DNA of 64,000 nt from Nitrospirota bacterium (lineage in GTDB: Bacteria; Nitrospirota; UBA9217), in assembly GCA_963663225.1 (NCBI GenBank), contig OY760142.1:2912001-2976000 (forward strand). Reading direction: 5' to 3'. Both the position numbers and the translations under genes were made by a program. The stretch's first letter is position 1, and each line of letters opens with the position of its first letter. The notes beneath the pieces were generated by a model. The model worked only from the letters and a program-made list of their open reading frames with translations. It did not search any database and had not been told where the DNA came from. Shown in pieces: positions 51,076 to 62,090 of this stretch.

Positions 51076-51543
51076 CTACAGTGCATTCTGCCGGGACCAT
51101 ACAGTTGTACGGCCTAAAAATGACAGGCCGATAAATCCTCTCAATTCCAGTTTTTGAGGAGACACAAGGCGGATTTTCCCCTTATAATTCTTGCCGTTAT
51201 CAGAATTGTAAATCGTCCCGCCGTTCCATACGTTGCTTTCCGTGAATTCAAAATCTGAAAAAATCTGAAGCCCTAAGAGAGGGCGTTTCCTCATATCCGG
51301 ACTTGGATTATTATGGTCAAGCATGGGTGTACCGGGAATTCCGTTTTTTGCATCCGTTGGGTATACCGGTTGATCAAGCCAGACAATGTAGGCACAGTAC
51401 TTCGAGCCGCATTTATTGATTTCCACTTTTGCATCATTATCTTCTGTTGTCCAGACGCCAAGGATGTCGTCCGGACCGGCCAAGCAGCATGTTGCGGTAA
51501 TCAAAAAAAGCGCTATAAGGAAAAAAAAGGCGGCAACCTTCAT
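51076..51543 (-). CDS. DUF2147-type exported protein
   Basis: Signal peptide, ILGVWTT, D.NNP...RKRPLLGL, GTIYN, LELRGFIG, GRTTVWSR. Confidence 0.8.
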   Translation of the reverse strand: MKVAAFFFLIALFLITATCCLAGPDDILGVWTTEDNDAKVEINKCGSKYCAYIVWLDQPVYPTDAKNGIPGTPMLDHNNPSPDMRKRPLLGLQIFSDFEFTESNVWNGGTIYNSDNGKNYKGKIRLVSPQKLELRGFIGLSFLGRTTVWSRQNAL

Positions 51544-51640
51544 AACATCCTCTATCATTCTTTCAGCCTTATCAAGAAAGCGCCTGGTTCCCTGCAAAGC
51601 AATAGCATCATTTCAAAACCAGGGAATAGTGCAACGGGAA

Positions 51641-53014
51641 TCAGTGCAGCCTGTTCGATGGTCTTCCGCCCTCTGAATGAGGTGCCCTGATTGCAGAGCT
51701 CGATTCTTCTTTTAGTAATGTATCGATAATAAAATCGCAAACATCTTCGACAAAATATGCACCGTATTTTGTCAGTCGGATCGCATCATCCTCATGTTGG
51801 ACGCAGGAATATTCGTTCAACTTCTTCAAAAGGGAAGCAAAGACAACGAAGGGGTCGGCATGAAATCTTTCCTGAAATTGCCGTATCTCAAGTCCTTTTT
51901 TAAACTGAAGACTCAGAAAAAGCGAACGGTACATCTGCTCCCGTTCCGTCAGAAAAACGTATCTGCCGATCGGCAATTGGCCTTTTTTGATCATGCTCGA
52001 ATACGTCGACAGTTCCTCATGTTTGTCATACAAAATAGTTTTTGTATAAGACCGGGCACGGGAACCGAATGCAATGATGGGCATTTCCTTCAGCCAGTAA
52101 TAGCGATATCCCCATTGCTTGTCATTCGTAAACCGGCCGTTCTGCTCGTATCCATTGGCACTCATCCACTCCTGAGTAAGATAGACCATGTCAAAAAGCG
52201 TGTCATTGTTCACAACAAGACCGGGATTTTCCTTATAGAGTCTGATAATGAGTGGATTGACGATTTCATGCCTGATATACTCCACCGCATCCGGCCGAAT
52301 CGTTTCCAGTATTGCAAGGTCTTTTTTGACGCCGTCGATCGTCTGTCCGGGCAGCCCCGTCATCATATCAATATTGATCGCTATGCCGGCATCCTGTGCC
52401 GCTTTCACGATCCGGCCGATCTGCGTTTCGGTGTTTTTCCGGTTGCAGAGCGACAAGATCCGCTGATCGAATGTCTGGCAGCCGACACTCAATCTGGTTA
52501 TTCCAATCTGTGCCAGATCCTGAATCCTTTTTTTGTCGGCGAGGGTATCAGGGTGCGCTTCGGTCGTTATATTATGGCCGTCAGCCATGGCAATGCCTGA
52601 ATGGATTGTATGGATAATGCGCTGGATGTCATGATTCGAAAAGGAGGTCGGAGTGCCGCCGCCAAAGTAGATGCCCTTTGCCTTTCTGCCCTTGAAAAAA
52701 CCGCGTGCGGTGAAAAGCTCGATCTCCTTCAGTATATTTTCCAGATATTCTTCCTGGACTTTCTTGTTTACATTATGGGGATAAGAGTTGCAGAAATAGC
52801 ACTCTGAAAAGCAAAAAGGAAGATGCACGTAAATCAGCACTTCCGGTTCATCAGCAAGACTTTCTTTTACTTTTTCGACAAAGGAATCTGTCTGGGATGG
52901 CGCTAGTATTTTATAGCGGTGCGGCAGATAAAGGTCAGGCTGGTTCTTCGTATACTCCGCGGAACCATAGAACAAGTTATTCCGTATGATATTGAGCGAG
53001 TCTTTTTCTTCCAT
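51641..53014 (-). CDS. HemN-like radical SAM protein
   Basis: YVHLPFCFSECYFC, YFGGGTPT, RLSVGCQTF, GLPGQT. Confidence 0.82.
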   Translation of the reverse strand: MEEKDSLNIIRNNLFYGSAEYTKNQPDLYLPHRYKILAPSQTDSFVEKVKESLADEPEVLIYVHLPFCFSECYFCNSYPHNVNKKVQEEYLENILKEIELFTARGFFKGRKAKGIYFGGGTPTSFSNHDIQRIIHTIHSGIAMADGHNITTEAHPDTLADKKRIQDLAQIGITRLSVGCQTFDQRILSLCNRKNTETQIGRIVKAAQDAGIAINIDMMTGLPGQTIDGVKKDLAILETIRPDAVEYIRHEIVNPLIIRLYKENPGLVVNNDTLFDMVYLTQEWMSANGYEQNGRFTNDKQWGYRYYWLKEMPIIAFGSRARSYTKTILYDKHEELSTYSSMIKKGQLPIGRYVFLTEREQMYRSLFLSLQFKKGLEIRQFQERFHADPFVVFASLLKKLNEYSCVQHEDDAIRLTKYGAYFVEDVCDFIIDTLLKEESSSAIRAPHSEGGRPSNRLH

Positions 53015-53382
53015 ATTGATAAGTATGCTCTCCGCGCTGATATGCGGGTCAAGTTAACCCAGATTGCCGAATGATCTCACGACATTGCAGACGCCGTTGC
53101 CAGCGAGACGGGGCCGTAAAGCCTGTATTTCCGCTCTTTGCTGAAATAGCAACAGATTATACACTCAATGATAGCAAAATTCCAGCAAATTAACAAAACC
53201 TTGCGGCTCTGCCATCAATGCCCCTGCTGTGCATTTCACCTGAAAAGCCGTTTTTTCCGCCGCATCAAATTTCATTGGCGGCAGGTAAGCAAAACAGGAC
53301 ACAATTCGGAATAAAAGGCGGGAAAGTATAATGAGTAACAGCGTCGACTAGAGCGTTCGACAGAAAGAAGAGTGGCTGAAAA

Positions 53383-54426
53383 TTATTTTTTGAAATCTGG
53401 GTACAATTTTTTCTGGCAATCAGGGCAGATGCCATGGCTGAAATCTGCATCTGAATGCTTTTGAATATACGTTTCTATCGGGTGCCAATTCCCGGTGTCA
53501 TCGCAGATTTTTTTGCAGTTTGCACAAATGCGCAATATGCCTTCTAATTGCTTGACTCTTGTCAAGGTTGCCTGCAGTTCCGCAATCAAGCGCTCCCGTT
53601 CCGCCTCTGCCCGTTTACGTTTGTCTATGTTCCGTGTTATGCCGTTGAATCCGACAATTGTTCCTGCACCGTCATAGATGGGCGTCGTGGCAATTTCTGT
53701 CCAAAACGCGCTTCCGTCCTTCCGGATTTGCGGGGCTTCGAAGATAATGGTTTTATGGCCCTCGCCTCTTCCTTCCATTTCTCTGCGGCAAGTAAAAACT
53801 TGATGAACAATCTCCCTGCCTTCCGCCGTAAAGAAATCAAGTGAGCTGCGTCCAAGGATTTCTTGTACGGAATAACCGCTAAAATTCGCAGCGGCATCAT
53901 TGAGATAGGTAAAACGCATCTTGGCGTCCTGCTGCCAGACCACATCAGAAGTGTTCTCGGAAAGAAACCGGTATAAGCGTTCATTCTTGCGCAATGCTTC
54001 TTCCATCAGTTTTGGTTCCGTTATATCTCTGGAAATGCCGACCATGGACACTGATTCGCCATAGGGATTAATCACAGGGGTGCCGGTTCCGAAATGCCAA
54101 TGCCACGTGCCGTCTGAGTGCTTCACCCGATATTCAGGACTATGCAGTACTTCACGGGAAGTAATCACGTTCTGGAGATACTGGAGACAAGCCGTGACGT
54201 CATCAGGATGGACCAGCGGCACGAACGATGTCCCGACCAGGGAAGTTGGTTCATAACCGGTGACTCTCTTCCAGGATTTTGAGAGATCAAGGAAAATACC
54301 GTCCGGGTTCATGTTCCAGATAAGATCTGAGCAGTAATCGACAAGCAATCTGTACTGAGCGTCTTTTGGGCTTGTGTGCATGCTATCCAGTTCAGAATCG
54401 GCATTTGGGCGGCCTGATTGACTCAT
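53383..54426 (-). CDS. PAS-PAS protein with C-terminal Cys-rich motif
   Basis: Two PAS/PAC domains, a coiled coil, then ICANCKKI...FSHGICPDC. Confidence 0.8.
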   Translation of the reverse strand: MSQSGRPNADSELDSMHTSPKDAQYRLLVDYCSDLIWNMNPDGIFLDLSKSWKRVTGYEPTSLVGTSFVPLVHPDDVTACLQYLQNVITSREVLHSPEYRVKHSDGTWHWHFGTGTPVINPYGESVSMVGISRDITEPKLMEEALRKNERLYRFLSENTSDVVWQQDAKMRFTYLNDAAANFSGYSVQEILGRSSLDFFTAEGREIVHQVFTCRREMEGRGEGHKTIIFEAPQIRKDGSAFWTEIATTPIYDGAGTIVGFNGITRNIDKRKRAEAERERLIAELQATLTRVKQLEGILRICANCKKICDDTGNWHPIETYIQKHSDADFSHGICPDCQKKLYPDFKK

Positions 54427-54596
54427 GCTCTCTTCACCTTACAAGGAATTAATATGAGTTTATGATTATTTCGAATATAAAAACTTTAGCACATATTTAT
54501 ATAAGAAACGAAGAGTGCTTTTTTAGCATACTTATTACATTTTGTCAAATTTTTTTGGTTATATAACCTCTCCCGCCCGCTCCCGAATAAAAATAA

Positions 54597-54629
54597 AAAG
54601 AAGGCTGGATAAATTATCCAGCCTTCTTT
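54597..54629. terminator. Intrinsic terminator
   Basis: aaagaaggctggataa / ttatccagccttcttt inverted repeat. Confidence 0.75.
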
Positions 54630-54682
54630 CGGCAATCACCTCTCTTAACGTTATTCCAAATAAATTATAAAAAAACTGATTA

Positions 54683-55087
54683 TTATCCGGCAGTATCGCT
54701 CTGCCGATGAAGGTGTGAATTCAACCACGCATCGGCAGATTCACGGTCCGTGAATATTTCAGTATGAAAACCTATTTCATTTGTATACGCCTGCCACATT
54801 CTGGTCATTCCATATTGGACGGGCGTTGTTGAAATGAGAAGAACGACGATATGAGGATTAATTTTTGCGGCCGCTTTGTCCTGATTCGCAATGACCAAGA
54901 CGTCTTCTGAAGTTACTCTGTAGTCTGTACAAGCTGTTCTATCAATGATTTTGCATTGTAATCGGGCGAGATTGTCTCGGGTATAGATTTTCTTGTTCGC
55001 TTCTATAATTTCATCTCCTGTCACAATTCCATCAGAGATGAATTCAACTCTCGTTCCATTTTTTGAGAAATTAACAAAGACAGGCAT
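54683..55087 (-). CDS. Hypothetical protein (SpoIIAA/STAS-like)
   Basis: Start MPVFV; QYGMTRMWQAY...IFTDRESADAWL. Confidence 0.55.
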   Translation of the reverse strand: MPVFVNFSKNGTRVEFISDGIVTGDEIIEANKKIYTRDNLARLQCKIIDRTACTDYRVTSEDVLVIANQDKAAAKINPHIVVLLISTTPVQYGMTRMWQAYTNEIGFHTEIFTDRESADAWLNSHLHRQSDTAG

Positions 55088-55421
55088 ATCAGGAGATTCC
55101 TGCTCAAAAAATACCGGCAAACAAAATACTATCCAGCAGTTCGGCGGAAAAGGGTAAACGATAACTTCTAGAAAAAAAAACATTTCTTTTGTAATATAAC
55201 ATGTTGTCATAAGCATGTCAACATGTTACGACTTGAAAAAACCTTTTTCCACGATGTAAAATGATCTTCTGATGTGTCAACCTCTGGCTTGATTTCATGC
55301 ACTCAAAAAAATTCTCCGCCGTCTGTCTGAGTTCTTAACGAACTATTATAAAATTACAATATGCCGTCAGCCAAATCTGTCGATATCATCCTGCGCTATG
55401 AATGTACAGATTGCAGTATGA

Positions 55422-55910
55422 TCAGAGTTCCGACAGTATTTGTGTCGCAAATTTTTTAACATCGGCTAAATCATGCTCATCCGGATGGCCCGAGGCGCTT
55501 TGAGCTTCTTCTGCCCACGCTTTATGCTCAAGCCCCTTTATCAAAGCATCAATCAGCTCTGATTTTACCTGCCCGCGACAGCCAAAATGACCCAGGACAT
55601 TTGCTTTTACGGCAAGGCTGGCTGCATGCTCGAATGCCTGCTTCGGCAGCATGCCGCCGCGCTGAGATCCGTGAGTCGAGAAGAAAGCCACCTTTTGCCC
55701 TTGAGGCAGCCGGGTTATAAAATTCATCGCCTTTACCGGCACACTGTGGGCGTGAACCGGAAAACCATAAAAAACAAGACTGTATCCTTCGGCATTTTTT
55801 ATTTCATCAACAGGTTTAATTTCCTTGTCAACAACGAGGCTGTCATATATCGCCTGTGCAAGTTTTTTTGTATTGCCTGTTTCTGAATAATACGCTACCA
55901 AAACTTTCAT
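55422..55910 (-). CDS. Flavodoxin-family protein
   Basis: YYSETGNTKKLA, FFSTHG, GHPDEHDL. Confidence 0.85.
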   Translation of the reverse strand: MKVLVAYYSETGNTKKLAQAIYDSLVVDKEIKPVDEIKNAEGYSLVFYGFPVHAHSVPVKAMNFITRLPQGQKVAFFSTHGSQRGGMLPKQAFEHAASLAVKANVLGHFGCRGQVKSELIDALIKGLEHKAWAEEAQSASGHPDEHDLADVKKFATQILSEL

Positions 55911-56256
55911 TTCTTCCTCCCTAAAATATCTGCCCGCAACTTACGGTATTCTTCTCCCGACAGGCGTCGGAGAATTCTCTGTCACAGGGATTGAATGTGA
56001 CTCTTGTTTACCTGAGCTGTCGTGTAATTATATGAAAACAGGGGCCAGGCTCGTATCTTGAATGCATGGTAAAAAAAATCTAAGTCGCGCTAATAAAATA
56101 CACCAAGCTGTAACGTAATAAATGATTATTCGGGTAATTTGAAATATGCACCGGCAAATTGAGGCTCAAATATCGTTGTTTACGTTAAAAATCATAGTGC
56201 AGCGGGTCATATCCGTTCTTAAAGCAATATAACGGACCAGCACTACGAACATTCAT

Positions 56257-57390
56257 TCAAGGAGCGTATCCATGCGCGCCTTCGTACTGTTTTTCAGACT
56301 GTATGAACATATTTCGATATTCTTTGTGGTGGTCTTGATGTGAGTTATATATTTCGTTTATCACATCTGCCTTTTTCATGAAAGCATACAGTACATCCGG
56401 ACAAAACTGTCCGGGCATCGTACGGCCATCACCTTCGGTGATTATCCTGAAAGCCTTCTCATGATCGAACGCTGGTTTATACGGCCGTTCGCTTCTTAAT
56501 GCATCATATTGGTCTACGAGCATTACAATTCTGCCTTCAACCGGAATATTCTCACCTTTGAGACCGCGGGGATATCCTCCGCCATCCCAACGTTCATGAT
56601 GATTCAATGCAATAGACTCCGCCATCTGGATCGTTGGATGCGAGGAACCAGCGAGCATTTTTCCGCCCAGGGTTGTATGTGTTTTCATAATCCCGAATTC
56701 CTGCCTTGTCAACGGTTCCAGCTTGAGGAGAATGCTGTCCGGTATCCCCACTTTACCGATGTCGTGAAGCGAGCTTGCAAGCCCGATTCGTTCAATAAAA
56801 GCCTGCGGCATGTCCAGAACTTCAGAAATTATTTCTGCATACATCCCGATTCTTGAAATATGCGTACCAGTATCTTCATCTCTGAATTCCGAAACCGCAG
56901 TAAGACGATACACGAGTTCTTTGTTCATGTCGGAAAGTTCGCTGGTGGCCCGTTTTACAGAGTCTTCCAGTGACTGTTTATATTTTTTTTCGTGCTGTAC
57001 CATTTCACAAAACTTTGCTGCTTTTTCCGCTGCATTAATTATGTACTCGTGCTTAAACGGTTTTGTAATAAAATCAAAAGCATTCTTGTGTATAGCATCA
57101 ACTGCAAGATCAATATCTGCATATGCAGTCATCAAAATAATCGGCACATCCGAATTCAACGCATGTATTTGTTCACTCAGCACCATACCGGAAAAATCGG
57201 GCATTCTTATATCAGTGAACACTATGTCAATGGTGGTCATCTGAAACCAACCGATTGCTTCTTTAGGGTTCTGACATGCAATCACGTTATAGCCGGCTTC
57301 TTCCAGTAATATAGAAACAAGATCAAGGCAGAGTTTGTCATCATCGACTACGAGAATTGTATGATTGCGACTGGTAGGCTGTATTTTCAT
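56257..57390 (-). CDS. Response regulator c-di-GMP phosphodiesterase (REC-HD-GYP)
   Basis: Receiver domain plus [31 protein letters not shown]. Confidence 0.9.
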   Translation of the reverse strand: MKIQPTSRNHTILVVDDDKLCLDLVSILLEEAGYNVIACQNPKEAIGWFQMTTIDIVFTDIRMPDFSGMVLSEQIHALNSDVPIILMTAYADIDLAVDAIHKNAFDFITKPFKHEYIINAAEKAAKFCEMVQHEKKYKQSLEDSVKRATSELSDMNKELVYRLTAVSEFRDEDTGTHISRIGMYAEIISEVLDMPQAFIERIGLASSLHDIGKVGIPDSILLKLEPLTRQEFGIMKTHTTLGGKMLAGSSHPTIQMAESIALNHHERWDGGGYPRGLKGENIPVEGRIVMLVDQYDALRSERPYKPAFDHEKAFRIITEGDGRTMPGQFCPDVLYAFMKKADVINEIYNSHQDHHKEYRNMFIQSEKQYEGAHGYAP

Positions 57391-58106
57391 TCGGCATCTC
57401 CTTAAGGTACGAAAATTTGTTTATTCAGGCTGGTGAATGCTGCCCCATCGTATCTAATATGGACCGAAACGTTGCTCAACTATAAGCCAATCACAATTAA
57501 TTTTATATGTCCCTCCTCTTTTGTTTACCAAAATGGTAATTAATAACTCTGCAGAAGTTAAACTTGAAGTATGGTTGTATTCATAACTATTAATCGCAAA
57601 TAATATTTTTCTACTCTTGACGGCAAAAAAAATATTTACGAATATAGGCATTTACACGAAAAGTTGAAATCCATGATAACAATAATACCTAAGACGTATG
57701 ATAGCAATCAAAAGAAAAATTGTCAAATAAAACCAATAAAATCGTCAATAATTATAGATAGTTAAACATTTTAAAACAAACAAAATTTGTCGTTATTTAA
57801 AAAAATAATATTTTCAATACGATACAAAGATGCCTAAAAACCTACAAACCAATTTTTTTTGCTAATATTTATCGAATTATTTGTCAAATGTCTTTGTATA
57901 ACGAGAAGAGAGTATCGCACTCTTTACGAAATGAACGTCAAAATCAGTGGGTGGAGGAAAAAAATTATGGATGGAAACTTTTATAGGGAGAGTAAAATCT
58001 TAAACTACACAACTCTACGAAATTTATTACTACTCCTGAAATGACAGGAACTTAAGAATTTGTTGTTGATGAATGCCTTAGGTTGTCACTATTTGTTACA
58101 AAATTT

Positions 58107-58814
58107 CTACAAACCCTGATATTTTTCGTATTCCTTAACACGCTCGATTAATTTGTCAAGCAACAGCCTGTCCAGTTCTGTAAGTTCCGGGAATTCCACT
58201 CCGATATCATAATGAGCAGGCATCATATCCTGAACCAATCGACATGAAACAATTTTCCCCATAAGGCTCACTGCACCATACGCGGAAAGTGATAACTCTA
58301 TAAGAACCATGCTGTCTATATTTAATTTATGATCCGTTTGAATAATTACGCCGCTTTTGCTGATTTCCTTGACACCGAATTGCTCAGGCAGCTTCAAAAC
58401 TTTCTCGCCGGGGGTTGTGATATGAAAGCTGATATCGCGATAGAACCAACCTTCATCTTCCGGCACATATATTTTTTTATTGTCTTCGATTGAATCAAGA
58501 AAAGCATTGATCGTGCCTGTTGGTTCATCTTTAAACGATATTGCTAACGAGTAAATAGTTGCTTGTTCCCCGCCTGCTCGTTCTTCCATGCTGCTTAATT
58601 CGGAACGCATCACAACGCCTTTTACATTGACATGTTTTTCTTCATGCCCTAATATCAGCAAACACTCTTTCCCAATATTGAGTGTTCTGTCAACCGTTAA
58701 CTTCACTCCAGCCGGACTGATATCGACAATATTCACTTCCCCTACCAAGCTTAATCTGCTGCGTAGATCGATTAAATCCAATTTGAATCTTTTGTATTTT
58801 CTCATATCCCGCAT
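58107..58814 (-). CDS. Tandem PilZ-domain protein
   Basis: RKYKR...DISPAG; second domain EISKSG...IGVEF. Confidence 0.7.
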   Translation of the reverse strand: MRDMRKYKRFKLDLIDLRSRLSLVGEVNIVDISPAGVKLTVDRTLNIGKECLLILGHEEKHVNVKGVVMRSELSSMEERAGGEQATIYSLAISFKDEPTGTINAFLDSIEDNKKIYVPEDEGWFYRDISFHITTPGEKVLKLPEQFGVKEISKSGVIIQTDHKLNIDSMVLIELSLSAYGAVSLMGKIVSCRLVQDMMPAHYDIGVEFPELTELDRLLLDKLIERVKEYEKYQGL

Positions 58815-59195
58815 GATAGAGCCTCGCTTGCAATCAGTGGTATAAAAATATGTTACCAATGTACTAGTGTAATGTTTTTATAATGCATAGTCAACTGCAT
58901 GTGTAAATAAATGTCAACCCCAAGCAGAAATGTCGCGTAAGACCATTTCGGAAATGGTACCAGTCTCACGTTCGAAGTTGTGGTGTGAAAAGGAAGTGGA
59001 AATGGCAAGAGCAAGGATTTACTGCGTATGATGGGACCGGCTTCTTAACACGATTTTGGCAATTAGCCTGTCACTCTGGTTTGAGTCCATCGTAGCTCCT
59101 CTTTGTCTACGGAGTTAGAACTTGTTTGACATCACATGTGTGTTTGTATTTTTTTGCATAAACCGCCCGAACTTTCATACCAATATTGAGTGGTT

Positions 59196-60311
59196 TTACC
59201 TTTTTACCGTCACAACAGAAATTGCCTTTGTACCAGCAGTAAAGGGACTGTCGGTAATTTCTGTTAATGCGCCAGTTGAAGAATCTATCGTGTAGGCGGA
59301 AATATAACTTGGAATATAATTCGCTACATAGATGAACTTCCCGGTCGGGTCTGTGGTTACTGACACAGGATTACTAACACCACTAAAGGGACTGCCGGTA
59401 ATTTCTGTTAATGCGCCGGTTGTAGAATCTATCGTGTAGGCGGAAATATAACTTGGAATATAATTCGCTACATAGATGAACTTCCCGGTCGGGTCTGCGG
59501 TTACTGAATAAGGACTCGTACCAGCGCTAAATGGGCTCCCGCTAATTTCTGTTAATGCGCCGGTTGTGGAATCTATCGTGTACGCGGAAACATTATTTGA
59601 ATTAGTATTCGCCACATAGACGTACTTGCCGGTCGGGTCTGCGGTTACCGAACCAGGACTCGTACCAGCGCTAAATGGGCTCCCGCTAATTTCTGTTAAT
59701 GCGCCGGTTGTGGAATCTATCGTGTACGCGGAAACATTATTTGAAGCACCATTCGCCACATAGACGAACTTGCCGGTCGGGTCTACGGTTACTGAATAAG
59801 AATGGCTGCCAGCACTAAATGGGCTCCCGCTAATTTCTGTTAACGCGCCGGTTGTGGAACTTATCGTGTACGCGGAAACATTATTTGAATTAGTATTCGC
59901 CACATAGACGAACTTCCCGGTCGGGTCTACGGTTACTGAATAAGGATAACTGCCAGCACTAAATGGGCTCCCGCTAATTTCTGTTACCGCGCCGGTTGTG
60001 GAACTTATCGTGTATGCGGAAATATTATTTGAACCACCATTCGCCACATAGACGAACTTCCCGGTCGGGTCTGCGGTTACTGACCGAGGGATCGAACCAG
60101 CACTAAACGGACTACCGGTAATTTCTGTTAATGCCCCGGTTGTAGAACTTATCGTGTACGCGGAAACATTATGTGAGCCTTGATTCGCTACATAGGCAAA
60201 ATATTTTGAACTGCTGGTAGTACTGCTGCTGGTACTACCGTCGTTGCTACAGCTTAATATGCCGGCTAAAATAAAAATACCAACGAGACTATAAAGAAAG
60301 TTTTTTCTCAT
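59196..60311 (-). CDS. Lipoprotein, 7-blade beta-propeller (lactonase-like)
   Basis: Start MRKNF, lipobox ILSC, Ser/Thr linker, seven 48-aa blades. Confidence 0.85.
   Translation of the reverse strand: MRKNFLYSLVGIFILAGILSCSNDGSTSSSTTSSSKYFAYVANQGSHNVSAYTISSTTGALTEITGSPFSAGSIPRSVTADPTGKFVYVANGGSNNISAYTISSTTGAVTEISGSPFSAGSYPYSVTVDPTGKFVYVANTNSNNVSAYTISSTTGALTEISGSPFSAGSHSYSVTVDPTGKFVYVANGASNNVSAYTIDSTTGALTEISGSPFSAGTSPGSVTADPTGKYVYVANTNSNNVSAYTIDSTTGALTEISGSPFSAGTSPYSVTADPTGKFIYVANYIPSYISAYTIDSTTGALTEITGSPFSGVSNPVSVTTDPTGKFIYVANYIPSYISAYTIDSSTGALTEITDSPFTAGTKAISVVTVKR
59220..60205. repeat. Intragenic tandem repeat, 144-bp unit x ~7
   Basis: ccggtcgggtct recurs with a 144-bp period from 59341 to 60061. 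Confidence 0.9.
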
Positions 60312-60733
60312 TGAAGCTATTTCTCCTTTCAGCTCATATATGAAGCTGGTTTCTTGCAAAGCTGTTTGCGAGAATAGATTTGCTAAGTTGATTATATTAC
60401 CATAGTATTAGGCAAAAAAAAATAAGAAATATTCATTTTTTAATACATACATAAGTGTCGCGCTTTGTTGCTTTAAGGCGTTTTTAGGACTAGTTCGTGT
60501 GATTTTATCAGGAAAGATAACTTATTTTAACAGTGAGCAGAGCGGACGACGGCGCGCAACCCGCGGAGCGGGAGCCGCTGGCGTCGCCTGTTTCTGGGTT
60601 TATCTATAATAGCCATATCTACGTCGGCTTTTAAAAAGGACGAAATAAAGAAAATTGAAGGCAGGATGGACACCTGTATGGACACAGAGGTTTTTTTCAA
60701 ACCGCAAGGGGAAGCTAAGTCATTGAAAATTAA

Positions 60734-60810
60734 TGGTGCCCCTGGGGTGACTCGAACACCCGGCACGCGGTTTAGGAAACCGCTGCTCTATCCACCTGAG
60801 CTACAGGGGC
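60734..60810 (-). tRNA. tRNA-Arg(CCT)
   Basis: GCCCCTGTAGCTCAGGTGGATAGAGC...TTCCTAA...GTTCGAGTC...CACCA. Confidence 0.95.
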
Positions 60811-60846
60811 ATATGTGAAAGGAAGTTTCTACAGAAGATTTAACGT

Positions 60847-61821
60847 TTACAACATTCCCTCTAGATCTATTTTTTTCCGTTTGGTAATGACCCGCAGCTT
60901 ATTAAGGGCCTGCGTCTCGATCTGGCGGACCCGCTCTCTGGTAATTCCAAACTCCTTGCCGATTGCATCAAGGGTCTTGGGCTCGCCGTCCGACAAGCCG
61001 AACCTCAATTCGATGACTTTCTTCTCGCTCACCGAAAGCTGCTGAAGCCAATCATCGATATGCTCCCGTCTGCGGATCTCATCGGAGAAACTCGCCGGAG
61101 ACACGGCATTGTTGTCCTGGAGAATGTCTTTAAGCGTATCCTCTTCCTGGTCTCCGATGAGCATGTCCAGCGAATAGGTCTCGCGGACCACCTGGGAAAC
61201 GCTCCGCACTTTATCCACCGTGACCTTCATTTTCTTCGCGATTTCTTCCAGCGAAGGTTCGCGTCCCAACGTTTGCGTAAGCTGCCGCATTGTACGCAGG
61301 TAGGCATTCACGATTTCCGCGATGTGTACGGGAAGGCGGATGGTCCTTGTCTGATTGACGATTGCCCGCTCAATGGATTGCTTGATCCACCATGAAGCGT
61401 ACGTGCTGAACTTAAAACCTCTCTGATACTGGAACTTTTCGACGGCCCTGATCAGCCCCAGATTTCCTTCTTCGATGATGTCGGAAAACTGCAGGCCGCG
61501 GTTGATATATTTTTTCCCAATGGCCACAACAAGGCGCAGGTTCGCTTCGATCATTTTAGCGCGTGCTTCTTGATCGCCTTGTTCAATCCGTTTTGCTAAT
61601 TCCTGTTCTTGTTCGAAAGTAAGAAGTGGGGTCTTGCGGATTTCTTTCAGGTAATATTTGATCGCGTCAAGGCCTTTTTGGGGAGAGTCGCCTTCGGAAA
61701 CGCGCTCGGAAGGTCCTTCCTCAGAGTCTCTTCCCTTTTCCGCCTCGTCTTTTTCTTCGTCCCTGTCTTGAAACGTCCCGGTATTCATCAGGTCATCAAC
61801 CGGTTGCTGTTTCTCGCTCAT
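60847..61821 (-). CDS. rpoS: RpoS-like sigma70-family factor
   Basis: [36 protein letters not shown]; lacks RpoD region 1.1. Confidence 0.8.
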   Translation of the reverse strand: MSEKQQPVDDLMNTGTFQDRDEEKDEAEKGRDSEEGPSERVSEGDSPQKGLDAIKYYLKEIRKTPLLTFEQEQELAKRIEQGDQEARAKMIEANLRLVVAIGKKYINRGLQFSDIIEEGNLGLIRAVEKFQYQRGFKFSTYASWWIKQSIERAIVNQTRTIRLPVHIAEIVNAYLRTMRQLTQTLGREPSLEEIAKKMKVTVDKVRSVSQVVRETYSLDMLIGDQEEDTLKDILQDNNAVSPASFSDEIRRREHIDDWLQQLSVSEKKVIELRFGLSDGEPKTLDAIGKEFGITRERVRQIETQALNKLRVITKRKKIDLEGML

Positions 61822-62013
61822 TAATGCCTCTTGGTGAATAAAAATAAGGGCCGTTTATGTACGCTTGTTTTTTTGTAGCGGCAACTATCCTTCTTCCTGC
61901 TCCATGCAACCCTGCTGCTCAAGAACGGCAATGAATCCTGGGGCAACCATTACCCTGTGCAGCATATGAGATATAAAAGGCTTTTTATTGCAACGGACAC
62001 CTGAATTTTAAAA

Positions 62014-62090
<77 letters not shown>

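Noticed and set aside
51794-52600. Long antisense ORFs (also 30766-31551, 27424-28086, 14581-15192)
   Set aside because: These are shadow frames opposite well-supported genes and show no motifs.
53015-53260. Riboswitch or RiPP precursor upstream of the radical SAM gene
   Set aside because: No recognisable aptamer consensus and no convincing small ORF.
58870-58910. dif/Xer site
   Set aside because: Only a partial XerD-like arm is present; spacing and the XerC arm do not fit.
59220-60205. CRISPR array or DGR template/variable repeat
   Set aside because: The repeats are in-frame 144-bp coding units without unique spacers, and there is no cas or reverse transcriptase gene in the window.
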